A stretch of DNA of 64,000 bases from Pelagomonas calceolata (lineage: Eukaryota), in contig CAKKNE010000006.1 of assembly GCA_918797485.1 (NCBI GenBank), positions 1,550,001-1,614,000 on the forward strand. Direction: 5' to 3'. The notes under the pieces are model-generated. The model searched no databases, was not told where the DNA came from, and saw nothing but the letters and a program-made list of their open reading frames with translations. The translations under genes and the position numbers were made by a program. Positions 10,674 through 20,519 of the stretch are shown here, one piece after another (the stretch's first letter is position 1; every line of letters begins with the position of its first letter).

Positions 10674-12791
10674 ATGAGGCCCTGGCTCCTCCTCGTGATA
10701 GGCGCCGAGGCCCAGATCCAGACCCTCCTAAGCCAGCCCTGCCCGAACCTGTGTTCAGGACACGGCTGGTGCGATTCCGGGGATCGAAGGTGTCGGTGCT
10801 ACGCGGGCTACCAAGGTCCCGATTGTTCGGAACGGCTGTGTCCCGTCGGGCCGGCCTGGGCCGATCACCCGGACTCGCTCACCGTGTCGGATGTAGCTCA
10901 CTTGGAGGTGGAATGCTCGAACCGAGGCCATTGTGAAAGGGCCCAGGGCGCCTGTGTGTGTGTCGACGGGTTCACGGGCGCGGCCTGCGAACGAAAAGCG
11001 TGTCCCAACGACTGCAACGGACAGGGGAAATGTACCTCTCTGAAAGATTTTGCGACCTCGCAAGATTTGGGAGTGGGTCTCACGTCCTACACCTTCGAGA
11101 AGGGCGGCTCCAGACCGCAAAAACCGCTCACCCAGGACCTCTGGGACCACGAGCAGATGTATGGCTGCGTGTGTGACGAAGGCTATTATGGCTACGACTG
11201 CCTGAAACGGAGCTGTCCCGTCGGCGACGATCCCTTGCCTTCCTCTTCCTCGTCCTACAGTGTGCAGCGGATGACTTGTATGGCGGACGGTGGTTCATTC
11301 TATCTCACCTTCAGAGGCCATACTACTGAGGCCTTATCCTTCGGCGCGACGCCGGCTCAATTGCAAGCGGCTTTGAATAATCTACCTTCAATAACCACGC
11401 CGCCGTCGCAAGACTGGTCCCAGGGCGTGTTGGTTGAGACCTCATCAAGAGTGCTATGCGACAAGGACGGCGTCTACGTGGACCTGAAATTCTTACAAGA
11501 CTACGGGGAACTGCCTCTAGTGCTCGCGAACGTCGACCAGCTATCCTTGACGACGGGCACGCCGTCCATAAAAATGGAGAAGACCGTGACGGGTGCCAAA
11601 GAATCTCTGGAGTGTTCGGGTCGAGGTATTTGCGACGGCGAACTGGGGACGTGCATCTGCGACCTGAGCTGCGCGGAGGGCTGCTTCTCGACGTCGGACG
11701 GTCATGGGAATCCGGGCGGCCGAGGCGACTGTGGGTATAGAGATGGCACGGTCACGGGCGAGACGATCATGCCGGCCTGCCCGGGCGAGGTCCCCTGCAA
11801 CGACCGAGGTATCTGCGACGAGGACACGTGGGACTGCCAATGCATCGATGGCTTTACGGGCGCGGATTGTACGTTGATGACCTGTCCTAAAGGTAGGAGT
11901 TGGTTCTCGGCGCCAGTGAACGAGATCGACGACGTCCACCTCCAGATGACGGAGTGCAGCGACATGGGCTACTGCAACCGGGACTACGGCGAGTGCGAGT
12001 GCGCGCCGGGCTTCGAGGGCGCGGCCTGCCAGTACATGAAGTGCCCCGGGGCCGACATCGAGGGTCCGTGCTTCAACCAGGGCGAGTGTTTATCTCTCTC
12101 ATTCTTGGCGGAGGCGTCGCTGGATAATGGGGTCGCTACCAAAAGAACCTACGGCAAGACGCCGAATGATAAATATCGGTGGGACTACGACTCCATCCGA
12201 GGGTGCAAATGTAATAGGGATCGATTCGGCTGGGACTGTAGCCAGAAGTTGTGTCCCTTTGGGGACGATCCATTGTCTACATCCCAGTACAACGAGCTCC
12301 AGAACCTGAACTGCGATTTGGATGATGATACCCAAGCTACCGTGAGGTTTACCTTCCGAGAGGAAGTGACCGACGCGTTGGACCCGACGACCATGACCCT
12401 CAAGGACCTGGAGGAAGCCCTGGAAGCGTTGGAGACCATCGACGACGTCCGCCTCAAGTCCAGTATAGTGGGCGGCGACGACGATTCGCAGTTCGTCTGC
12501 TCCAATAGTGGAACTGATATATTGGTCGAGTTCCTGCGGCCGACGGGCGACGTGCCCTTACTGCAAGTGTCCGACGGCGGCACCTTCACGGTCTCGGACT
12601 ACCGCCAGGGCACCAAAGAATGGGAGGAATGTTCCGGAAGGGGCCTCTGCGACCGCATGAGCGGCCTCTGCACGTGTTTTGCCGGCTACGGCGCGTCCGA
12701 CGGCCAGGGCGGCGCGGGGCCCCACGAGGACTGCGGCCACCCGATTCCTCTTGTTAGAGAGATGGCGCAGCTCGTGGGGAACACGGAGTAG
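10674..12791 (+). CDS. Secreted EGF/tenascin-like Cys-rich protein of the stramenopile mastigoneme-related (Sig1/Ocm/Mas-like) type
   Basis: Signal peptide, then CPNLCSGHGWC, CPVGPAWAD...AHLEVECSNRGHC and CPNDCNGQG. Two CPxGDDP modules are each followed by a non-Cys beta domain. Confidence 0.85.
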   Translation: MRPWLLLVIGAEAQIQTLLSQPCPNLCSGHGWCDSGDRRCRCYAGYQGPDCSERLCPVGPAWADHPDSLTVSDVAHLEVECSNRGHCERAQGACVCVDGFTGAACERKACPNDCNGQGKCTSLKDFATSQDLGVGLTSYTFEKGGSRPQKPLTQDLWDHEQMYGCVCDEGYYGYDCLKRSCPVGDDPLPSSSSSYSVQRMTCMADGGSFYLTFRGHTTEALSFGATPAQLQAALNNLPSITTPPSQDWSQGVLVETSSRVLCDKDGVYVDLKFLQDYGELPLVLANVDQLSLTTGTPSIKMEKTVTGAKESLECSGRGICDGELGTCICDLSCAEGCFSTSDGHGNPGGRGDCGYRDGTVTGETIMPACPGEVPCNDRGICDEDTWDCQCIDGFTGADCTLMTCPKGRSWFSAPVNEIDDVHLQMTECSDMGYCNRDYGECECAPGFEGAACQYMKCPGADIEGPCFNQGECLSLSFLAEASLDNGVATKRTYGKTPNDKYRWDYDSIRGCKCNRDRFGWDCSQKLCPFGDDPLSTSQYNELQNLNCDLDDDTQATVRFTFREEVTDALDPTTMTLKDLEEALEALETIDDVRLKSSIVGGDDDSQFVCSNSGTDILVEFLRPTGDVPLLQVSDGGTFTVSDYRQGTKEWEECSGRGLCDRMSGLCTCFAGYGASDGQGGAGPHEDCGHPIPLVREMAQLVGNTE

Positions 12792-12980
12792 TAAGCTTCG
12801 GTTTTTGTGAGTCGTAGTCGATGTTACGGTGCTAGGACTAGTGGGCGGAGCCCCTGGGGGGGAGACACCGCGCGTCGCCGATTCATCGGCGGCGGGCGCG
12901 GGCCGCTTCTTTCATAACAGAGTACCTCCTTCTAAGCAGAACCGCCTTTTGTGAGTCGTTGCGGATTTTGCTAGGCATCC

Positions 12981-13003
12981 CTAGTGCCTTACAGGCCGCT
13001 AGC
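12981..13003 (+). promoter_or_regulatory. Recurrent upstream motif CTAGTGYCTTAC-N-GCCGCTAGC (copy 1)
   Basis: ctagtgccttacaggccgctagc, starting 212 bp before ATG 13193. Confidence 0.5.
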
Positions 13004-13192
13004 CCACTTGCGTTGCAACGCTGCGGGTCCGGCCAAGGTTACGCGCTGTCCCGTTGGCGCATCGTTCGGTGGGCTACTGACGCATAACACACCTCTGAGA
13101 CGCCCTCGAGCAGCGCTGCTCGCAAGCAACACCCGTAGCGGCGGCGTGTCACGCCCTGCAACGAGGATTTGCTGCGCACAGTTCGTGAACGT

Positions 13193-14515
13193 ATGCGGCA
13201 TATACTGTGCCTCGCCACCGGCGCGTCGGCGCTCCTCGCCGTCCCGCGCCCGCTCCACACAAGACGACGAACGACGACGACGCGAGCCACCGCTATAACG
13301 GATGAGGACCCGCCGCCGCGCAGCGTGGCGGGCACGGCCGCGCTGATCACGGGCGGCGCCGTGGGCGGCGGCTTCCTCGCCGTGCCGCGAGCGACGCGCG
13401 GCCTCGGGCTCGGCCCGACGGCCTTCGCTCTCGTTTCAGCCTGGGCCTGGCTCGGGTTGTGTGGTGTCGCGCTCGCCGAGGGCGCCGTGCGCAGCACGGA
13501 GGCGGCGCACGATAGGGACGATTATGTGGATGACGAGGGGCTGTCGGTCTACGGCGTCGCGCTCGAAGCGACGCGGCATCGTAGAAGAAAAAGGGTCATC
13601 CTGCCGTTATCGGTCATGTGCTTTTGTCTGGCGACCTTTTCCTCGTTAGGAGCGCAGTTCGCGAAAAGCCGGGAATTGCTTGGCTCCGTCGGTGCTCTTC
13701 TGAACGGCGTGCCGGCGGTCACGGGCATCGCGTTGACTGCCTATGCGGCGGCCTTCGCTTTTGGCGATCGCATAGCACATAGGATCGCCTACGCGTGTAC
13801 CGGCACCATGGCGGCCTCGTTTCTGTTTCTGGTGGGCCGCGTCGCGGCTTTACCGAAAGTCGCAGCGACAGCACCGACGTCCTGGCGGGCCTTATTACCC
13901 TCGCCCGGGACGCCCTGGGCCGCGGCCGTCGTCGTCCAGATCCTATGTTTTGGTGATGTGGTGGGGGTGGCCGCGGCGCGGCACGAGGCCACGCCACGGA
14001 GGGTGCCGCGCGCGTTGATCCTGGGCACGGTCGTACCGCTCGCGATGGCCCTCGCGCTGGCGTTGGCCTCCTCGAACCTGCCGGGCGCCGACCCCCTTTC
14101 ACCTCTCTTGAAAAGAGGCGGTATGGACGCGTTTACTCTGCGACTGTTCGCGGCGTCGGCGGTCGCCACGACCGTGATTGGGTTGTTGCTCGCCGCGTCT
14201 CAACTTCTCTCAGATGTGGTCTGCGGCTTCGTGGGCTGGTGCTCGGAGCGGGACCGGCGGATCGTGCGCGCCCTCGCGACCGCGCTGCCGGCTGTCGGCA
14301 GTTTGGGCGGCGACGACGCGTTCTACGAGCTGTTGGCCTTCGCGGGCGCCGTGCCCGTGCCTCTCTTATATTGTGTGCTGCCGCCCTTTCTGCTATCTTC
14401 GTTGCGACGGCGGAAGGTCGGCCGGACGACATTGCTCCCGGGCGACGCCGTGATCCTCAACGCGCTCAAATTGGCGGGCGTCGCATTCGTGGGGACGAAC
14501 GTGCTAGTCCGATAA
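13193..14515 (+). CDS. Aromatic amino-acid permease (Trp/Tyr permease, TyrP/Mtr-like), probably plastid-targeted
   Basis: Signal plus Thr/Arg-rich transit-like presequence. AALITGGAVGGGFLAVP matches the TyrP-family TM1 motif. About 11 TM helices. Confidence 0.75.
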   Translation: MRHILCLATGASALLAVPRPLHTRRRTTTTRATAITDEDPPPRSVAGTAALITGGAVGGGFLAVPRATRGLGLGPTAFALVSAWAWLGLCGVALAEGAVRSTEAAHDRDDYVDDEGLSVYGVALEATRHRRRKRVILPLSVMCFCLATFSSLGAQFAKSRELLGSVGALLNGVPAVTGIALTAYAAAFAFGDRIAHRIAYACTGTMAASFLFLVGRVAALPKVAATAPTSWRALLPSPGTPWAAAVVVQILCFGDVVGVAAARHEATPRRVPRALILGTVVPLAMALALALASSNLPGADPLSPLLKRGGMDAFTLRLFAASAVATTVIGLLLAASQLLSDVVCGFVGWCSERDRRIVRALATALPAVGSLGGDDAFYELLAFAGAVPVPLLYCVLPPFLLSSLRRRKVGRTTLLPGDAVILNALKLAGVAFVGTNVLVR

Positions 14516-14517
14516 AA

Positions 14518-14991
14518 TTAGTCTGAGGAGTACACGGTGATCGCGCGCTCCACGATTCGCTCCGACCCATCCAGTGTGAAGGTCAGCCGCGCGACGGCCC
14601 CCAGCCCCCGCGCGTCGAAGCGAATCAAGTCGCCCGGCTCCGCGCCCTCCGGGATGCGCACGCCCACGATAATCGTCTCCGGCTCGCCCGGCGGCGTCGC
14701 GTCTCCCCTACTACATCCGCAGAACGATTTTTTTTTCGGTTGGGTCTGATAGACCATGTCCCTCCTAATAGAATCGCGCCACTTGTGCAGGGGCGGGTCG
14801 CTCGTCTCCATGGCCGGCCGCGGGCTGCCCGCCTCGCTGCCCGGAGACATGGGCGTGCGGGGGCTGCTGTCGCCGTCGGTCTGTTGCGCCTTTCGCTTCA
14901 GAAACTTCGTGGACATGCGCTTGAGGAGCGAGCCGCGCCGCCTTACCCTCTCGCCCTCGAGGACGTGGTTGTAGCGCGGGGAACTACTCAT
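14518..14991 (-). CDS. Hypothetical protein
   Basis: 157-aa ORF from MSSSPRY. C-terminal VRIPEGAEPGDLIRF beta-motif. Confidence 0.55.
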   Translation of the reverse strand: MSSSPRYNHVLEGERVRRRGSLLKRMSTKFLKRKAQQTDGDSSPRTPMSPGSEAGSPRPAMETSDPPLHKWRDSIRRDMVYQTQPKKKSFCGCSRGDATPPGEPETIIVGVRIPEGAEPGDLIRFDARGLGAVARLTFTLDGSERIVERAITVYSSD

Positions 14992-15102
14992 CCTGGCTAT
15001 CGATTCTTGGCAGGTGCTGCGGGCAGCCACTGGCGACGCTGTCGACGGCAGAAATTGAGCGCTTCGATGGCACGGCGCCGGCAATTGCACGAAACGCGCC
15101 TC

Positions 15103-15126
15103 CTAGTGTCTTACCGCCGCTAGCTC
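15103..15126 (+). promoter_or_regulatory. Recurrent upstream motif (copy 2)
   Basis: ctagtgtcttaccgccgctagctc, starting 161 bp before ATG 15264, in a divergent intergenic region. Confidence 0.5.
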
Positions 15127-15263
15127 TCGGTCCGAGTGCGAGCCACAAGCAGTGACGTCTATGCCGTGCAGGGGCCTAAGGCGTCGACGGTAGAGCCATA
15201 GCATTCGCACCGTAGCTGCCGGGCAGCACTTACTGCTGCCGAGGCGCTAGGGCAGCACTGCTC

Positions 15264-16028
15264 ATGGTGCGGGGCGGCCTGCTCCTCGTCGCGCTCCTAT
15301 CAACCGCCCGCGGGAAGCGCCGACGGAAACTCGGCGACCACCCGACACCGGATGAAAAAGACCCCGGCCTCCTGAAACGTTTGAGATCCGGCGAAGGCAA
15401 GCCGACGACCGAATGCGAGGCCTGCGTCCATCTGGCGGCGGAGGCGGCGGCCTACGCGCGCGTCTGCGTGCGGGCCCGTTTAGCAGGTGACGAGCCGCCG
15501 AACGCCACAACGTTCGCCCAGCGGCTCGAGGAGGAGGTCTGCGAGACGAAAAAGTGGCCCTGGTGCGAAAGATGGCGCGCGCGGAATGGGTTTAGGAGCT
15601 TTGGCGCGGAGATGGTCGAGCTGGCGGAAGATGCGGAGGACGACCGGGACTCGGCCCTGTCCCGGTCGTCGGTGCAGAAGCTGTGCGTTTATGATGGCCC
15701 CCTCCAGGCGTGCCCGAAAAAGCACAAATTCGTGGACCGCAACGACCCCGCGGCCGCGGACGTCGCGTTTTTAAATAGAACGGGCAAGAAAGTCGAGGTA
15801 TACTGGATTCACGATGAAAAAAGGATCCACCGGGGCACGATGAAGCCGCACGGGCGGCTCGACGAGGACTCCTTCGCGGGCCACGTCTACGAGGTGGATG
15901 TCCAGACCAAAACAATAGGCACCATCACCTTGACGGCGGGCGTCGCCGCCTACTCGGTCGACGGCTACGGCAACGGCATCTACGCATTGAACGAGGTCGA
16001 CACGCGACAGAGGGGTAAGGAGTTCTAG
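15264..16028 (+). CDS. Secretory-pathway protein: saposin-like (CxxC..LEEEVC..LC..C) domain + VHL-beta-like domain
   Basis: Signal peptide, CEACVHL, then VAFLNRTGKKVEVYWI...SFAGHVY. The C-terminal KEF resembles an ER-retention signal. Confidence 0.65.
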   Translation: MVRGGLLLVALLSTARGKRRRKLGDHPTPDEKDPGLLKRLRSGEGKPTTECEACVHLAAEAAAYARVCVRARLAGDEPPNATTFAQRLEEEVCETKKWPWCERWRARNGFRSFGAEMVELAEDAEDDRDSALSRSSVQKLCVYDGPLQACPKKHKFVDRNDPAAADVAFLNRTGKKVEVYWIHDEKRIHRGTMKPHGRLDEDSFAGHVYEVDVQTKTIGTITLTAGVAAYSVDGYGNGIYALNEVDTRQRGKEF

Positions 16029-16035
16029 AGAAATA

Positions 16036-19000
16036 TTACTCGCGTTTTTTCTTGAGCTTCTCCTTCTCCTTCTGTTTGGCTTTTTTAGCCTTCTGTTTCT
16101 CCCGGTCTTTCGCTTTCTTCTTCTCGGAGCCCTTCTTCTTATCCTTCTTCTTCCGCTTCTTCTTGTCGTCGTCCATCATCTTGCGCCAGTCGACGCCTCC
16201 CTTGTTCATCTCCTTCTGGGCGCCCTTGAACTTGCGGCGCATCCTCTTAATAGCGTACCGTTCCATGGCCGCTTTTCTTTTGCGTCGTTGGTACTCCTTG
16301 TAGGCCACTAGTACACACGTCAGAAACGACAGGACCGAATATCCAATATAATCCCAGGGCAGCCGCGTGTTGTACTTCCACTTGTACATGTTCCGGAAAC
16401 GTAAACCGTCGAAGACCACGTCCACATTACCCGCCGCATCGACAGCCCTAACATAAAAAATGTAGAACCCGCTCCCGGGGCCGTTCTCGTAGTACTTATC
16501 GAGCCAGTTGACCTGCGCTTTGCCTAGTGATCTATCCCATGTTCTCACAACTTGATTTTCATCAGCATCATACACTAGGTATTCAAACATAACCGCTTCG
16601 TCCGCCGCCTTGGCGTGGAACTGGTACTGCGGCACGTCGAACATCGTCGTTATGGTACTGAGGTCGGCCTTCGCCGGGACGCGGTCCCCGAGCTCGGCGC
16701 GTGGTAAATTATCATCCCTGTACCACATGTCCTGCGCCGTTTTTAGGGAGGTCTTATTCTCCAGACCACCTAAGACGTAAACCTTGCCGTCGAAGAACAC
16801 GCCCGTATGGTACGCCCGCGGCCCCGGGTTCTGCTTGCAGATCAGCTCGCGCACGAGCGGTTCCGGGTCCTTGACGTCGTCGGGCGGCGGCACGCCGCCG
16901 ATGCCCGGCACGTCGACCGTTCCCCCACCGAGTATGGTTTTGCAGCCGTCCCAGCCCGCGATGATTTCCTCCGCCGGGACGGCCGGCCGCGGGTTCTGGC
17001 ACGGGTACTGGTCCCGGCCGCAGTGCCACCTTGCCTTAAAAGGACTGCCGACGGCCCAGGTCTTCAATTTGTCCTCTTCCTTCAGGCTGCCCGAGGCCTC
17101 GCCGTCCAAAACTGCATCCTTGCCGAACGCGCGTTCGTCGTCGTCCTCGAAGCCGCGCGGCTTCGCGCCGAGCGGCGGGCTCCCGGGCGCGAACTCGACC
17201 TCGACGTTCCAGGGCGCGAAGGTCTCGAGGTCGAAGTGGGTCAGCGGGTGCTGGTGCGGCGTGACGTGGCACTTCTCGAGCAAGGCCTCCGCGAACGCCT
17301 TGTGGTCGCAGACGTCCTCGTAGACGTCGTCGACGAGCGGCGTCGCGCCGGGGTTGCGGTAGCCCCGCAGCTCCACGATCTGTTCCCGCGTCGCTTCCGC
17401 CAAATCCCGGATCGTATGGATGCCGAGCGTATGTAACATACCTAATCTATCTTGCGTGCCGTCCGTGCCGTCCGTGATGAGTTGCTTCCGCCGCGGCACG
17501 ATGCCGTAGTGGTTCTGGCACTGCTGGTACACGCTCGGGTAGCCCTGGTCGCCCGCATGGGACGGCTCCGTCTCCGCGGTCGGCAGGTACACCTTCACCA
17601 ACTTCTCGACCGGCGAGTCGCCGTCGACGTAGTGCTGCTGCGGCGCCCCCGCATCGTAAAACCACGCGCCGATGGGGTCGAAGTCGCACTGCGAGTAGTA
17701 CTCGCCGGGCGTGCCCGTGACGGCGCCCTCGACGTCCTCGACGAACGTCGACTCGGGCATGAACGCCCCGCCCGGCACCTTCGCCCGGAACAGCGCGTCC
17801 GGGTCGTAGTCCCGCCGCCACCGCGGCTTCGCGCGGCAGCTCGCCATGGCCGGGCAGTCCTCCTCCTCGACGCAGGCCACGTAGTGCTGCTCGTCGTCCT
17901 CCGTCCAGGTGATGTCGACGCACTCCTCGTTGTCGCCGCCCGCGCAGTCGCTGTCCACCCTGCACAGCTGCGCGCTGTTCGCGACCGTCAGCGCGTCCGT
18001 CTTCTTGCACTTGCGCGTGAAGCAGTACTTGTTGTCCTGGTCCAGGCCGTCCTGGAGCTCGGTCTTGACGAGGTTAATGTCGTTGTTCGGGTCGCCCGCC
18101 TCGCACTTGCCTTCGAGGCATATCTTCGACGTGCAGAAGCCGCGCCAGACGCCCCGACTCGGTTCGTTCACCGTGTCCGTGGCCGCGGCGGTCGGCACCT
18201 TCGTCCGGCTGCCCGCCTGCTGCCCGTCGTGCGTGCACTCCCAGCCCGTCGACCAGACGTCTCCCAGTAACGAGCCATCCTGACCTTCGCCCCCGATGAC
18301 ATAGACTCGTTGCGTGAATAAATTGCTTTCCGAGGGCAGGTCGACCACCGTGGCGTGGCCCGATCGCGCCGGGAACCCGCACCCGTCGGGGCACGCGTTC
18401 AGCCACTCCCACGTACCGGCCCCGACGTCCACGCACTCGTCGAGACCATCCGGGGGAATCGTCCCAACCGGGCAAGGGTGCATGGGAACCTCGGCGTACC
18501 ACGCGTCGTCGAGCACGGCGTCCCGCGACTTGTCGTCGGCCGAGCCCGTCCGCCCGCCGATCACCCACAGCGCGAAGATGCCCTTGGCCTGCACACCCAA
18601 ACCGTCTTTCGGGAGCATCTCGAGCACGGATAACGAATGCCCGCCTCTCCCGGCGAAGCCTGCGCCAATGGTATTCTCTTCCCACGTGTTCTTTTGACCG
18701 TCGTCGCCCTCGGACAGCCACGTGTTCAGGTCCCAGTACCAGACGTCGCTCAGGTACTCGCGGTAGCCGCCCGCGTCGACGTCGCCGCACGCGTCGCCCT
18801 CGCAGTAGCTCCGGTGCACCGTCACGAACCCGCCCACCAAAAACATGATGCCGCGGTGGATCGCCACGCGGTGCTGCTCGCGCGGCGACCAGATCTTGCA
18901 GGTGCAGATACCCGTCGACTCGTCTCGGCTCTTGTCTACGCCCGTGCACTCCTCGGACGGGCTGTAGCAGTCCGTGTCAACCTTGCACACGTTGCTCTTG

Positions 19001-20175
19001 TCGCTCACGTAGGTTTTGCCGTCGCCGCCCGTCAACAACAACCCCGGCAGGGCCTTGTTGTTCTGGCAGCCCGGTTCGATGAGCCTCCAGTTCGCGCCAC
19101 CGTCCCCGGATAGCCAGACGTCGTTCTTGAGCACGGCCGGCTCGCGCCACGTCGAGTGCCCGGCCCGGCCCCGCATCTGCATCTGTTTGGGGGACGTGAG
19201 CCCCACGGTCCGGTCGTTCGCGAGGCGCTTGTGCTCCCGCGCCCGGCCCCCGATCAGAAAAAGGTTGCCCTTGTGCTCGGCGAGCTGGTGGAACCGTCGC
19301 GGCGAGAACCAGCCCCGGTACATCCCGTCGATCTCCACCTCGCCTTTCTTGCCAAACCACGTTTGACGGGGCATCCGCGTGAACCACTTCCTCGACTGAC
19401 AGTCGATGCCCGCGGTCACGTGTGACGGGTACTTGTCCGACGTCTTGCCCTCGCTCCACTGCTGGAGCGGCAGCTGGCACTGGATGAATTCCTCGTACGT
19501 CTCGCCCGAGTCAGGGACGCGGCCCGGCGCGCGCTGCTCCCACCGGAGCAAGGACCAGAGCTTCGGCATCTTGTGGTCGTAGCGCGTCCGGTCGATCATG
19601 TCGTACATGCCCAGCCACGTCCGGGGCTTGGCCCGTAATCGCCACACGTCGTTCCGGAACCCGTGCGACGGGTTGCCCGCGTCGTGCTGCTTCCTCCGGT
19701 TCGCCTTCGTGAAGGTCGCGCTAAAGTCGTCGCCGCCCACGAGGTACAGGTGGTACCTGTTGTCGTGGATCACCTTGCAGCACCGATCTCTCGAGCAGAC
19801 CGGGTCCGACCCCTGGACGGCGATGTCGACGCACTCCTCGCTGTCGCCGCCCGCGCAGTCGCCGTCCACCCTGCACAGCTGCGCGCTGTCCGCGACGGTC
19901 TCCGAGCCCGTCTTCTTGCACTTGCGCTCGTACATGCAGACGGTCTCGGCGGCGCAGGCGCGCGTCGCCATGCACGCTTCGTTCGAAACGGCCGTGGCGT
20001 GGCCCAACCGGCCGCTCCAGTGGCTCCGATTCTTCGACGGCGTCGCCATGTAGGGCACGGCCAGGTTCTGGCGCAGCGCGCCCGTCGTCTGCGCCCAGTT
20101 CGCGGCGTCTACGCTAGGGATTAGTAAGAGGAGCCATCGTCGTCGTCTCGTTTTTCTGTGGGCCGCGGTGGCCAT
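16036..20175 (-). CDS. Large Kelch-repeat/Cys-rich type-I membrane protein with Lys-rich cytosolic tail
   Basis: Repeated LYLVGG/LFLIGG/VYVIGG..NDVW Kelch motifs, an Ig-like YVRAVDAAGNVD, a TM helix YIGYSVLSFLTCVLVAY and a poly-Lys tail. Confidence 0.8.
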   Translation of the reverse strand: MATAAHRKTRRRRWLLLLIPSVDAANWAQTTGALRQNLAVPYMATPSKNRSHWSGRLGHATAVSNEACMATRACAAETVCMYERKCKKTGSETVADSAQLCRVDGDCAGGDSEECVDIAVQGSDPVCSRDRCCKVIHDNRYHLYLVGGDDFSATFTKANRRKQHDAGNPSHGFRNDVWRLRAKPRTWLGMYDMIDRTRYDHKMPKLWSLLRWEQRAPGRVPDSGETYEEFIQCQLPLQQWSEGKTSDKYPSHVTAGIDCQSRKWFTRMPRQTWFGKKGEVEIDGMYRGWFSPRRFHQLAEHKGNLFLIGGRAREHKRLANDRTVGLTSPKQMQMRGRAGHSTWREPAVLKNDVWLSGDGGANWRLIEPGCQNNKALPGLLLTGGDGKTYVSDKSNVCKVDTDCYSPSEECTGVDKSRDESTGICTCKIWSPREQHRVAIHRGIMFLVGGFVTVHRSYCEGDACGDVDAGGYREYLSDVWYWDLNTWLSEGDDGQKNTWEENTIGAGFAGRGGHSLSVLEMLPKDGLGVQAKGIFALWVIGGRTGSADDKSRDAVLDDAWYAEVPMHPCPVGTIPPDGLDECVDVGAGTWEWLNACPDGCGFPARSGHATVVDLPSESNLFTQRVYVIGGEGQDGSLLGDVWSTGWECTHDGQQAGSRTKVPTAAATDTVNEPSRGVWRGFCTSKICLEGKCEAGDPNNDINLVKTELQDGLDQDNKYCFTRKCKKTDALTVANSAQLCRVDSDCAGGDNEECVDITWTEDDEQHYVACVEEEDCPAMASCRAKPRWRRDYDPDALFRAKVPGGAFMPESTFVEDVEGAVTGTPGEYYSQCDFDPIGAWFYDAGAPQQHYVDGDSPVEKLVKVYLPTAETEPSHAGDQGYPSVYQQCQNHYGIVPRRKQLITDGTDGTQDRLGMLHTLGIHTIRDLAEATREQIVELRGYRNPGATPLVDDVYEDVCDHKAFAEALLEKCHVTPHQHPLTHFDLETFAPWNVEVEFAPGSPPLGAKPRGFEDDDERAFGKDAVLDGEASGSLKEEDKLKTWAVGSPFKARWHCGRDQYPCQNPRPAVPAEEIIAGWDGCKTILGGGTVDVPGIGGVPPPDDVKDPEPLVRELICKQNPGPRAYHTGVFFDGKVYVLGGLENKTSLKTAQDMWYRDDNLPRAELGDRVPAKADLSTITTMFDVPQYQFHAKAADEAVMFEYLVYDADENQVVRTWDRSLGKAQVNWLDKYYENGPGSGFYIFYVRAVDAAGNVDVVFDGLRFRNMYKWKYNTRLPWDYIGYSVLSFLTCVLVAYKEYQRRKRKAAMERYAIKRMRRKFKGAQKEMNKGGVDWRKMMDDDKKKRKKKDKKKGSEKKKAKDREKQKAKKAKQKEKEKLKKKRE
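17911..19927. repeat. Intragenic ~106-bp duplication (17911-18016 and 19822-19927)
   Basis: The two copies encode RKCKKT..TVA.SAQLCRVD.DCAGGD.EECVDI with high nucleotide identity. Confidence 0.9.
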
Positions 20176-20519
20176 CCTTTGCTCCCCTGCTCGGCCCTGG
20201 GAGGGGCAGCACTCAGGCCCGACGCCAGCCGTGTCGGTCGCCGGTCGACGCGCGCGTGATGGCCCGTAGAGGTCTCTGCTGCGCGTGCGGGCTGCCCGGG
20301 TGCGCTGGGGCACCGTCCGAGGCTGAAAAGCGCTGGATCAGCGGACTACTTGCTACCCTAGCCCTGACATACTAGGATGGTGGGAAAGCCCGGCCTGCCA
20401 CTGGACGGGGTGTCTTAGGCCGCTCCGCGCGGGTCCAGCGGCAACGGCACGCCGTGGCGACGCCCCTCCTGCACCAAACGCGGTGCCAACGCGAGAGATA
20501 AACTTGCGCGCCCTTAGCC

